DNA from: Candidatus Anstonellaceae archaeon
GTDB lineage: Archaea; Micrarchaeota; Micrarchaeia; Anstonellales; Anstonellaceae
Direction of reading: 5' to 3'
NCBI GenBank assembly: GCA_038891035.1
Contig: JAWAEW010000006.1
Location: forward strand, 2,221-66,220
Length of the DNA: 64,000 bases
Shown here: in pieces, positions 37,389 through 45,546 of the stretch
Numbering within the stretch: the first letter of the stretch is position 1
Layout: each line of letters opens with the position of its first letter
Notes under the pieces: generated by a model
Databases searched by the model: none
Told to the model about the DNA's origin: nothing
The model's input: the letters and a program-made list of their open reading frames with translations, nothing else
Program-made: the position numbers and the translations under genes

Positions 37389-40300
37389 TTATAACTGTGG
37401 CTCATTTGCCTTTGGAAGCTGCTTTTTTTCCTTCTCCTTTCTTGAGCCTTCAAAAAATATCCAAGCAGCCAAGAGGATGAAAATGACTGATGCCAGTCCA
37501 AGGCCTATCGCTTTTATATCCAATTGTGGCTTTCTAGAGAGAATTGCATTTGCTGTTCGGATGGCTTTTTCGGAGGAGACTAACGAGTCAGCATAAAGCC
37601 CTGCTTCAAAAAACTCTTCTGATTTTGAAAGCTCTTGCTTCAATTGAACTACTTCGTCTTCCCTGGCAGATCCGCTTGCCTCCTCAACTGCAAGCTGTGC
37701 TACTTGCAGAGATGACTGTGCTGAAGATTTTAGCTGAAGCAGTGCCTTGTCAATCGTCTCCTCAAGTTGCAAGATTTCCTGCAAGGAAAGATTCACCTCT
37801 GAGAGGACTTTGAATGGATCTTTCTGCTTTGCAGAGATTCTTTTTTGGGCTGCATCCAATTTCTCTTGTGCATCGGAAGGCATGATGGAAAGTTTGCGCT
37901 TTGTTTGCGAGGAAAGAGAAGAATATTGTTGGGCATACTGCAAAAGTTTTTCTTCTATTGCGCTTTTGCGCTTTGTAAATTCGGCTTTCAAAACTTCAGC
38001 CTCTTCTGCTGCAGCTTGCAGTTTTAACTGCTCAATTTTTTCTGAATTTTCTATCAGCACTGCTGCAAGGGCCGCTCGCTCAAAGGATGAAAGAAAATCA
38101 CCTTTTGTATAAAGCACGAATGCTTCGCTTATTTGCTCTTGGGCCTGTGCTGGAGGACTTTTCATGGAAGATAGCGCCTGTGCAGTAGAAGAAGCTGTTT
38201 TTGATGCAAGGGTTGCAATTGATGAAGTAAATTGGTTGTATGATTTGCGAAGAGTTGATACTGCTTCACCTGCTTTGCCTTGGTCAAACAATAGCTGGGC
38301 CTGGTTTTTGGCATCAGACAATGCAAAAATAAGCGAGGACAGCTGTGCGGCCTTAGAAGTTGCATTTGCTGAAAGTAGTCTGTTTATAGACTCGTTAGCA
38401 ATAGATAGAGCTTGTGCTATTTTGGCGCTTTCACTTTCAAATTCAAAATGCATTGGGATTTCGATGGATCGGGGCATGAGTAAAAGAAGTGAGAGGGCCT
38501 CTTCGGTCTTGTTTTGCTGTAAAAGAAGCTTTGCCTGAGAAAGAATTGTCTGTAGGCTGCTTTTGTTGGAAAAGGTTGTCTGAAGCTCTGCTTGCAGCAA
38601 AGCCTCATCTGCAGCTGAAGCAAGACTGTTTATAGTGAAAGTTGCAAGGAATTGTAAGCTTTGGCTGCTTTGTGGTAATTCAAATGAAAAGCTTGCTTGG
38701 GTATTTCCTCCAAAAGAGACAAAATTCTGTTTTGAAATTTTATGCGTGCCGATTGGAACAATTGAGAAATTAGAGGCGCTAAACGGCTCGTGAAGGAGGA
38801 CGGTTGCCTCTTCACAGCCAATGGCAATGTCACGCACTTCAACCACATATGAAATTTTTGCTGCGGTGCTGCTTTTTTCAAATGAACTTTCCTTTTTTAT
38901 GACTTTGAAAGGCTCGAGCAGATAGTACTTTATAGTAAGCAAGTGTTGTCCTGCAGGGACTCTTTCTATTTTGCCATAAATTTGTGGATGTGGCACATTT
39001 ACAGACTCAAGCCTATAGGAAGTTCCTGAAAAGTGGGCGTATGCCTCTTTGGAAGGGCCAGCTGTGCTTTCTTGGATGAAAAGAACGGGTAGAAAAGAGG
39101 ATGCAGAAAAGCTTATTGAAAGCTCGATTTCTGCCTCTTGTGGAAATGCTTTCTTGCATTTTTGAAAAGATGAGGTCTTTTTTGTTGGAGAATACTCTTT
39201 TTCGAAACGGAAGAAAAATGACTGTTGCGGCGAGACGGAAGGGACCACTATAGTGGTTTGACCGTCCTTGTAAAATGCATCAAGTAAGGTACCTTCTGTT
39301 GCTTCTGAGGAGTAAAGCGGTATGCTGGTTTTGGCTGAAAAAGAAATTGGAGCTGTTGATGAGAAGTTAGACGGGTTTGAAGTAAGTAGTGCTATCTGGG
39401 CTTTTTGGGTTTGTCCAAGCACAGGGGGCGGGATTAGCTCTAATGGTTTGACATTTTGTGAAAGCATAAAAGAAAGGAAATCCGGTATTCTGTTTTGTTT
39501 TTTTGCCTTCAACTTGGTCAATTCAGCTTGGATTTCTTTGAGTTTTCCTGCGGCTTTTTCGAACTTACAGTTGCAGCCATCAAAGTATAAACCAATTGAA
39601 TCTATTTCTTGCAACGCAAATGCGTCCTGCTGCCTCAAAACAGCAGCATCCTGAAGCAAGCGGCAGTAATCTTCTTCTATATGACTGTAGTGCGCCTCAA
39701 GTAACAAAAGAACCTCGTTTTTTTGCTCATAAAGTAGTTTAAGTAGTTTGTCGTGAAGTTCTTCTTTTGCTGTTAAAAGGAGGGAGGACTTGAAAAGACC
39801 TTCCAGCTCTCTCAGCTGCTCCTTATAGTAAGAAACATCCAATCCGTCTTTTTCTGCCGCATTTAGTAAGTCTTTAAGCTGGGTGAATGCTTGCCTAACT
39901 GTATTGCTGGTGTCTGCAATCTGGCTGCTTTCGGCAAGCAAAATGGCTCTTGATGCGGATTCGACTGCAGATGCGTAGGCCTTGTATTTTTTGCCCAAGG
40001 TCTGTTCAAGAGATGCCTGGGCGTATGCCTTCTTTGCTTCTTCCAGAGCTTTTAATGACTGAAAAGAAAGGCTAGAGGCTTCAAGAGAGCTTACTGAAAA
40101 GTTGATTTTTGATTCTGCCTCTGAAATTGCCTTTTCTGCAATCTTTTTTTCTTCATCTACAGCAGCAACTGCAGCTGAATGGACTTTGGAAAGTGAAAGG
40201 ATTGCGTTCGCAGCTATTGCTTCGGAATCTTTTGCTGACTTTATGGCAATTGCAAGGTAATCTTTCATTTTTGATGATTTTGCCTTTTGAGCCTCTTGAT

Positions 40301-41408
40301 ACATTTGCTTTGCCTTTTCATACTGGGCCTCGGCTTGAATCAGCCCGGCTGCGACTCCCGAAAATTCTGGGCCGACAACCATTTTATCTGCTGCAAAAGC
40401 AGGCTCTCCGATTAGAACAATTTCTTCCTTTTTGAGCTCATTAATTTTTGCTGAAAGCTGCTGCAGTGAAGCTTCTGCTGCAAACTCTGTATTGAGATAT
40501 TCAGACTCCATTTCTTTTTTTGCTTGCGACAGTTCCTTGTAAATTTTGAGGAGAGACCATACTGCAGAATATTCTCCATCACCTGCAGTAATCTGAAGAT
40601 AGGATCCGAAGCTGATGTTTGAAAAATCAGGCATATGTGGCTTGGATGCAAAGTATTCAACTATAGCATCTGAAGATTTTTTCTGGCGTTGGCAGAAGTT
40701 TGAAAGAGAGGTGGATTTGGACTTTGCATGAAGGAAAGGATCTTTTGCTGCTCCAGAGTACTTTGGACTGCCTGCTCCAGCATGCTCCAGCTCGTCCAGA
40801 AGACTTTGGGCTAGAAAGGCTGCTTCTAAGGCTGCGGCATTTGCATTTTCATATGCATCAGCGGCTTTGCTGAGTGTGGCTGAGTAATAAATTGGGAAGT
40901 AGAATGAATAAACGGATACATCTGCAAGCCGTATAGCTTTGTAAGCCAAAGCTGCCTCAAAAAGAAATGGAAAGGCTGGAAGGTAAATAAAAGTAAATGA
41001 AAAGAGTGCGATGTTTTCCAAATTGTATTCCACTTCTTTTAATGCATCTTTTGCACTTTTCCAGTAATTGTAAGAAATTGCGTACGCCTCTTTTGCATCT
41101 GCGATTGCCTGAGAAGCCGCCTCCATCTTTACTTTTACTTTTTCAACTTCGCGCGAGTTTTCCAAGGAAAGAGAAGAGCGCAGCTTTTCCCATCCCACCA
41201 ACGAAACATTTGATATCTCTAGCGTTTTTGTAGAATTAAAAAACTCAAGCGAATAGAACTTTAGTCCGCCGAAGTCATAAATGTAAGGGTTTGAGTTAAT
41301 ATATGAAGAAAGAGTCCAAAACCTTTCAAGCGGTGATGGGTTTATGCACTCTGTCAGGCTGGCAAATGAAATGCAAGAAAGGAAAATGAAAAGCCAAGCC
41401 CATTTCAT
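37389..41408 (-). CDS. giant (about 1340 aa) secreted Ala-rich coiled-coil surface protein with C-terminal TM anchor
   Basis: N-term MKWAWLFIFLSCISFASL signal peptide; >1000 residues of Ala/Leu/Glu/Lys/Ser-rich predicted coiled coil with beta-rich central region; C-term 'AIGLGLASVIFILLAAWIFFEGSRKEKEKKQLPK'. Confidence 0.6.
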   Translation of the reverse strand: MKWAWLFIFLSCISFASLTECINPSPLERFWTLSSYINSNPYIYDFGGLKFYSLEFFNSTKTLEISNVSLVGWEKLRSSLSLENSREVEKVKVKMEAASQAIADAKEAYAISYNYWKSAKDALKEVEYNLENIALFSFTFIYLPAFPFLFEAALAYKAIRLADVSVYSFYFPIYYSATLSKAADAYENANAAALEAAFLAQSLLDELEHAGAGSPKYSGAAKDPFLHAKSKSTSLSNFCQRQKKSSDAIVEYFASKPHMPDFSNISFGSYLQITAGDGEYSAVWSLLKIYKELSQAKKEMESEYLNTEFAAEASLQQLSAKINELKKEEIVLIGEPAFAADKMVVGPEFSGVAAGLIQAEAQYEKAKQMYQEAQKAKSSKMKDYLAIAIKSAKDSEAIAANAILSLSKVHSAAVAAVDEEKKIAEKAISEAESKINFSVSSLEASSLSFQSLKALEEAKKAYAQASLEQTLGKKYKAYASAVESASRAILLAESSQIADTSNTVRQAFTQLKDLLNAAEKDGLDVSYYKEQLRELEGLFKSSLLLTAKEELHDKLLKLLYEQKNEVLLLLEAHYSHIEEDYCRLLQDAAVLRQQDAFALQEIDSIGLYFDGCNCKFEKAAGKLKEIQAELTKLKAKKQNRIPDFLSFMLSQNVKPLELIPPPVLGQTQKAQIALLTSNPSNFSSTAPISFSAKTSIPLYSSEATEGTLLDAFYKDGQTTIVVPSVSPQQSFFFRFEKEYSPTKKTSSFQKCKKAFPQEAEIELSISFSASSFLPVLFIQESTAGPSKEAYAHFSGTSYRLESVNVPHPQIYGKIERVPAGQHLLTIKYYLLEPFKVIKKESSFEKSSTAAKISYVVEVRDIAIGCEEATVLLHEPFSASNFSIVPIGTHKISKQNFVSFGGNTQASFSFELPQSSQSLQFLATFTINSLASAADEALLQAELQTTFSNKSSLQTILSQAKLLLQQNKTEEALSLLLLMPRSIEIPMHFEFESESAKIAQALSIANESINRLLSANATSKAAQLSSLIFALSDAKNQAQLLFDQGKAGEAVSTLRKSYNQFTSSIATLASKTASSTAQALSSMKSPPAQAQEQISEAFVLYTKGDFLSSFERAALAAVLIENSEKIEQLKLQAAAEEAEVLKAEFTKRKSAIEEKLLQYAQQYSSLSSQTKRKLSIMPSDAQEKLDAAQKRISAKQKDPFKVLSEVNLSLQEILQLEETIDKALLQLKSSAQSSLQVAQLAVEEASGSAREDEVVQLKQELSKSEEFFEAGLYADSLVSSEKAIRTANAILSRKPQLDIKAIGLGLASVIFILLAAWIFFEGSRKEKEKKQLPKANEPQL

Positions 41409-41422
41409 ATTAAATTCGCCGA

Positions 41423-42055
41423 TCATACAAGCGGAGAGAGGATGCGCACATCTACTTTTCCGCCCGTTTTCTCTTCTACAGCCAGCTTGAATTTTTCTGG
41501 GTCTGCTTTAAGTTCTTTCAGATAGTTGTAGTGGATTGGGATTACGATTTTTGGCATTATTGCTGCCGCTGCTTGGGCAGCTTCAATCTCATTCATAGTG
41601 TAAGTTCCACCTATTGGCAAAAGCGCAATGTCGCATTTATAGCTTGACATTTCAGGAATGAAGTCTGTGTCACCTGCAAAATACACGGATGCCGATTTGA
41701 ACCTTACGATATAGCCTGCTCCTGCACCTTTTGGATGGAAAGGTTTGTTTATGTTGTATGCATGAACAGCTTCGATTGTTGCGTTTCCCACATTTTCTTT
41801 TTGGCCTATTTCAATTACCCTGCACGGGAGCTTGCATCCATGCCCTATCAGAACTGTGCTTGGTTTAGTGATGGATGGCGCTTGAACACAGTGATCAAAA
41901 TGGCCGTGGGAGTAAAGAATGACATCCGCAGGCTTAGCTCCTTTTGGAAGGACAAACGGGTCAATGTATATGGCCATGCCTTCTGCTTCAATCAAAACAG
42001 ATGCATGACCAAGCCAAGTAATCTTAACACCTGAAAAAGAGGTGCTGCTTGCCAT
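41423..42055 (-). CDS. MBL-fold metal-dependent hydrolase
   Basis: 'ILYSHGHFDHC' metal-binding motif; 210 aa. Confidence 0.7.
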   Translation of the reverse strand: MASSTSFSGVKITWLGHASVLIEAEGMAIYIDPFVLPKGAKPADVILYSHGHFDHCVQAPSITKPSTVLIGHGCKLPCRVIEIGQKENVGNATIEAVHAYNINKPFHPKGAGAGYIVRFKSASVYFAGDTDFIPEMSSYKCDIALLPIGGTYTMNEIEAAQAAAAIMPKIVIPIHYNYLKELKADPEKFKLAVEEKTGGKVDVRILSPLV

Positions 42056-42124
42056 AAAAGAAAAGTGAACATAGAGTTTTTTAGCCTTTAGTGCTTACAA
42101 AAACCAAGTCTTGAAGGTGCAAAT

Positions 42125-43351
42125 ATGACAGAAGAGATACTTTATGACGCAATTGTGGTTGGTGGTGGGCCTGCCGGCTCAACTGCCGCAGCCTTTTTGT
42201 CAAGGAAAGGCAGGAAAGTGCTTTTGCTTGAAAAGGAGGCCTGGCCGCGCAACAAAACTTGTGGGGATGCAATCTCTGGAAAATCAGTTGGGGTTTTGCG
42301 AGAACTAGGTCTGACTGAAGAGCTTGAAAAGGCAGACCATGGAGAAGTGACCGGCTTAACTTTTTCATCCCCTAACGGTACTGTGGTGACCATACCTTTC
42401 AAAGGAAGCGATGGGCAAATAGCCAAAGGGTATGTTTGCAGAAGAATGGTTTATGACCACATTCTTTGGAATTGTGCAAAGAGTACTTGCGATGCATATG
42501 ATGGGACAGCAGTTGTGGGAGTTATAAAAAATAATGGAAAGATTGTTGGCGTAAAAGCGAAGGATAAAAGTGGCAGGGAAATGGAATTCCAAGGAAAGAT
42601 AATTATTGGAGCAGATGGTGTTTCTTCATTGATTGCAAGGGAAATACGTGGAAGTGAAGTAGATCCTCAGCATACATGCATAGCCTATCGGGCTTACTAC
42701 AGCGGGATAACAGGCATGAACTCGACTTTGGAGATACATTTCGTAAAGTCAATAATGCCTGGCTATTTCTGGATATTCCCGCTTGAAAAAGGTCTTGCAA
42801 ATGTTGGGGTCGGGATGGTAATGAGCGATATGAAGAAAGGGAATGTGAACTTGCATCAGGCAATGTTAGATATTATCCAGAAAAACCCACTTTTCAAGGA
42901 GAGGTTCGCGACTGCAACACAGGCTTCGCCCATAAGTGCATGGTCCTTGCCTTTTGGCTCAAAAAGAAGAAAAGTAAGCGGCGAGGGCGTGCTTTTGGTG
43001 GGCGATGCTGCAGGCTTGGTAGATCCTTTTTCTGGGGAAGGTATAGGAAATGCAATGACTTCGGGTAAAATTGCAGCAGCAATTGCTGACGAGGCGCTTT
43101 CAAAAGGTGATACCAGCGCAGAAGCGCTGGCAAAATATGATCAAGCTCTTTGGAATGAGATAGGTAATGAGCTGCAAACAAGCTATGCCATGCAGAAGCT
43201 TGGGAGGATTGAGTGGCTTTTGAATTTTGTGGTCAACAAGGCTGCAACAAGCCCGAAAGCACGAGAAGCAATTGCTGGCACATTTTCAAATGAGGAAGCA
43301 AAAAGAGACTATATGTCTCCGCTTTTTTACCTTCGCTTGCTATTCCTTTGA
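42125..43351 (+). CDS. geranylgeranyl reductase family FAD-dependent oxidoreductase (ether-lipid saturation)
   Basis: FAD motif 'YDAIVVGGGPAGSTAA', 'CGDAIS', 'GDAAG' motif 'LLVGDAAGLVDPFSGEGI'. Confidence 0.85.
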   Translation: MTEEILYDAIVVGGGPAGSTAAAFLSRKGRKVLLLEKEAWPRNKTCGDAISGKSVGVLRELGLTEELEKADHGEVTGLTFSSPNGTVVTIPFKGSDGQIAKGYVCRRMVYDHILWNCAKSTCDAYDGTAVVGVIKNNGKIVGVKAKDKSGREMEFQGKIIIGADGVSSLIAREIRGSEVDPQHTCIAYRAYYSGITGMNSTLEIHFVKSIMPGYFWIFPLEKGLANVGVGMVMSDMKKGNVNLHQAMLDIIQKNPLFKERFATATQASPISAWSLPFGSKRRKVSGEGVLLVGDAAGLVDPFSGEGIGNAMTSGKIAAAIADEALSKGDTSAEALAKYDQALWNEIGNELQTSYAMQKLGRIEWLLNFVVNKAATSPKAREAIAGTFSNEEAKRDYMSPLFYLRLLFL

Positions 43352-44296
43352 GGCGGGTTTCTTCTCTTTCTTTTCTATTATTGCAATTTGGTCAAGGGTA
43401 ACCGTGTCCTCGTAATTGCCCATATATTTTGAAAGCTGCTTTTTGCGGAGACGCTCGTTTTCTTCCTTTACCCTTTGCTTGAGTTGCTCCAACCTTTTTT
43501 GCTGCTCTTGTTTTCTTCTTTCCTGAGCCTCCTTTCGCTCAGCAAGCACTTCTGCATATTTTTGGTCGCATGCCTTGCGCACGGAAGCAAGCTCGTGCTC
43601 AAGCGCCTTTATTTCTGCGACTATCTCTTTTAGCATTCGCCGCTGCTCGTGGAATTTATTTCGAAGCTCATCCACTTCCTTGTTTTTTGCAATTTGCTCA
43701 TTGAGTTCCTTTATTTTCTTTATCATTTCTTTCTCTTTTTTGGGAGTGTACGCTTCTGTTGCTATTGCAAATTCAAGCCTTTCGACTTCGGCGATCAGCC
43801 TTGGGGTTTTACTTCCGCCTTTGACTGAAATTAGGCTTTTGATTTGCGCTATTTCCTTTCTGCATGTGGTAGCCTGTTGGTTCTTGGCTTTCAGCTGTTG
43901 AATGATTTGCTTTCTTTTTTGTACAAGTGTGTCCAGTTCTTGCTCCTTTTGGGTTCTTGGCCGCTTAGGCTTTGTAGAAGGCTGCGACTGCTGCTGTGGA
44001 CTTGGTGGGAGCTTAGCAATCTCTCTAAGCCCTTGTGGAAGGTCTGAAACACTTGGTGTCTGATTTTCTGTCTGGTCCAAAAAATTACCTTTTGATAAAT
44101 TATTTTGATGTTTTATTATCTTTTGTTGTTTTTCGTGTTCATTTATATAGAAAGATTTATATATTAGACTCCTGCAAAATCTAACAGGAAATGCCCGTCT
44201 TCTGTTCTGTCTGACGACAGAAAACTGGTCGCCTTGCCTGCGCGAGGAGCGCAGGCCTACTTTTATTATAACTTCTTTGCCTGTAACAATAGCCAC
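43340..44296 (-). CDS. coiled-coil protein (hypothetical); N-terminal ~70 codons probably not translated
   Basis: C-terminal 220 residues are K/E/R/Q-rich heptad coiled coil; upstream part of ORF overlaps hairpins and TATA-like AT-rich DNA (44140-44170), in-frame TTG at 44080 is a candidate start. Confidence 0.4.
   Translation of the reverse strand: MAIVTGKEVIIKVGLRSSRRQGDQFSVVRQNRRRAFPVRFCRSLIYKSFYINEHEKQQKIIKHQNNLSKGNFLDQTENQTPSVSDLPQGLREIAKLPPSPQQQSQPSTKPKRPRTQKEQELDTLVQKRKQIIQQLKAKNQQATTCRKEIAQIKSLISVKGGSKTPRLIAEVERLEFAIATEAYTPKKEKEMIKKIKELNEQIAKNKEVDELRNKFHEQRRMLKEIVAEIKALEHELASVRKACDQKYAEVLAERKEAQERRKQEQQKRLEQLKQRVKEENERLRKKQLSKYMGNYEDTVTLDQIAIIEKKEKKPASKE
44205..44256. promoter_or_regulatory. 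two adjacent perfect hairpins in 340-bp intergenic region
   Basis: TTCTGTC-TGAC-GACAGAA (44205-44222) and GCCTGCGC-GAGGA-GCGCAGGC (44236-44256) followed by T-rich CTACTTTTATT. Confidence 0.4.
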
Positions 44297-44440
44297 TCCC
44301 TAATTTGTGCTATCAAAAGCAGGCAGATAATTGCTGCCAGCCGAACTGTCTTATCCTGGCTTTCAAGCACCAAGAAAATGCAAAATGCGGCAGGGAGAAG
44401 CAGGAACATTCTCCCAGCAAAAATTTTTTTTATATCCATT

Positions 44441-45484
44441 TCAAATCATCTTTAGGGTCATATCTATCATCCTGTTTGAAAAGCCCCATTCGTTGTCATA
44501 CCAGGCAAGAGTCTTTGCTTGCTTGCCTATCACTTTTGTTGAAAGCGCATCAAAAATCGAGCTTGCTGGATTGTGGACTATATCTTGCGATACTATTGGG
44601 TCCTCGGTATATTCTAAAATGCCTTTCATCTTGCCTTCTGCTGCTTTTTTGACTGCATTGTTTATTTCTTCTGCTGTAGCTTCTTTCTTGAGAATGCAAG
44701 TTAGGTCGTTTACTGAGCCCGTCGGCACTGGTACACGCAGCGCAATTCCGTCCATCTTGCCTTTTAGTTTCGGCAGCACTTCACCTATTGCTTTGGCTGC
44801 CCCTGTTGAAGTTGGAATAATGTTTATTGCGCCTGCTCTTGCTCTGCGGAAGTCTTTGTGATAAGCGTCCAGTATCATCTGGTCGTTGGTGTATGCATGA
44901 CAAGTAGTCATAAATCCGCTTTCAATCCCGAATGCATCATCTAATACTTTTGCAACAGGAGCAAGACAGTTTGTGGTGCACGAACCAATTGATACGATTT
45001 TATGCTTATTTTTGTCATACATTTTGTCGTTTACTCCTATCACGATGGTTGCATCTGCTTCCCCGCCCTTACAAGGAGCGGAGATCAGCACTTTCTTTGC
45101 GCCGGCTTGAAGATGTTTGGATGCTCCTGCTCGATCTGTAAATGCGCCTGTGCATTCTAAAACTACATCTACTTCCATCGCTTTCCAGTCAAGTGTGGAT
45201 GGGTCTCTGGAGGAAACAAGTGGGATTTCATAGCCTTCTATCGTGAGTGTTGCCACGTGGCCGGGCACCTTGGGCTTGCCTGAAAGCGGTTCTCCTTTTA
45301 CAGAGCCTGCAAATTTTCCTTGAGTGGAGTCATATTTGAAAAGATGTGCTGCTAGGCGCGGATCATGAGTATCATTAATTGCGACTATGTCAAATGCTTT
45401 CCCTACCAATCCGCGCTCGAATGCTGCGCGGACGACCAACTTGCCAATTCTTCCAAAACCATTCACTGCAATTTTTGGAGCCAT
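44441..45484 (-). CDS. gap: glyceraldehyde-3-phosphate dehydrogenase, type I (bacterial/eukaryotic type)
   Basis: 'VNGFGRIGK', active site 'SCTTNCLAP', C-terminal 'WYDNEWGFS' are type I GapA hallmarks (archaeal type II lacks them). Confidence 0.85.
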   Translation of the reverse strand: MAPKIAVNGFGRIGKLVVRAAFERGLVGKAFDIVAINDTHDPRLAAHLFKYDSTQGKFAGSVKGEPLSGKPKVPGHVATLTIEGYEIPLVSSRDPSTLDWKAMEVDVVLECTGAFTDRAGASKHLQAGAKKVLISAPCKGGEADATIVIGVNDKMYDKNKHKIVSIGSCTTNCLAPVAKVLDDAFGIESGFMTTCHAYTNDQMILDAYHKDFRRARAGAINIIPTSTGAAKAIGEVLPKLKGKMDGIALRVPVPTGSVNDLTCILKKEATAEEINNAVKKAAEGKMKGILEYTEDPIVSQDIVHNPASSIFDALSTKVIGKQAKTLAWYDNEWGFSNRMIDMTLKMI

Positions 45485-45546
45485 CAAACACACCTCTTTC
45501 ACTACACACTCAAGCTAATTAATTAATCCTTGCGTAAAATAGTGCG

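Noticed and set aside
41423-42055. MBL-fold hydrolase as a C-terminal module of the giant surface protein
   Set aside because: It is a separate frame with its own start. The giant protein ends with a TM anchor and stop codon, with a 4-nt overlap typical of independent but coupled genes.
43340-44296. Full-length 318-aa coiled-coil ORF as annotated by the ORF track
   Set aside because: Its N-terminal 70 codons run through TATA-like AT-rich DNA and two perfect hairpins and contain no internal ATG. It is more likely a 5' UTR/promoter with a downstream TTG/GTG start.
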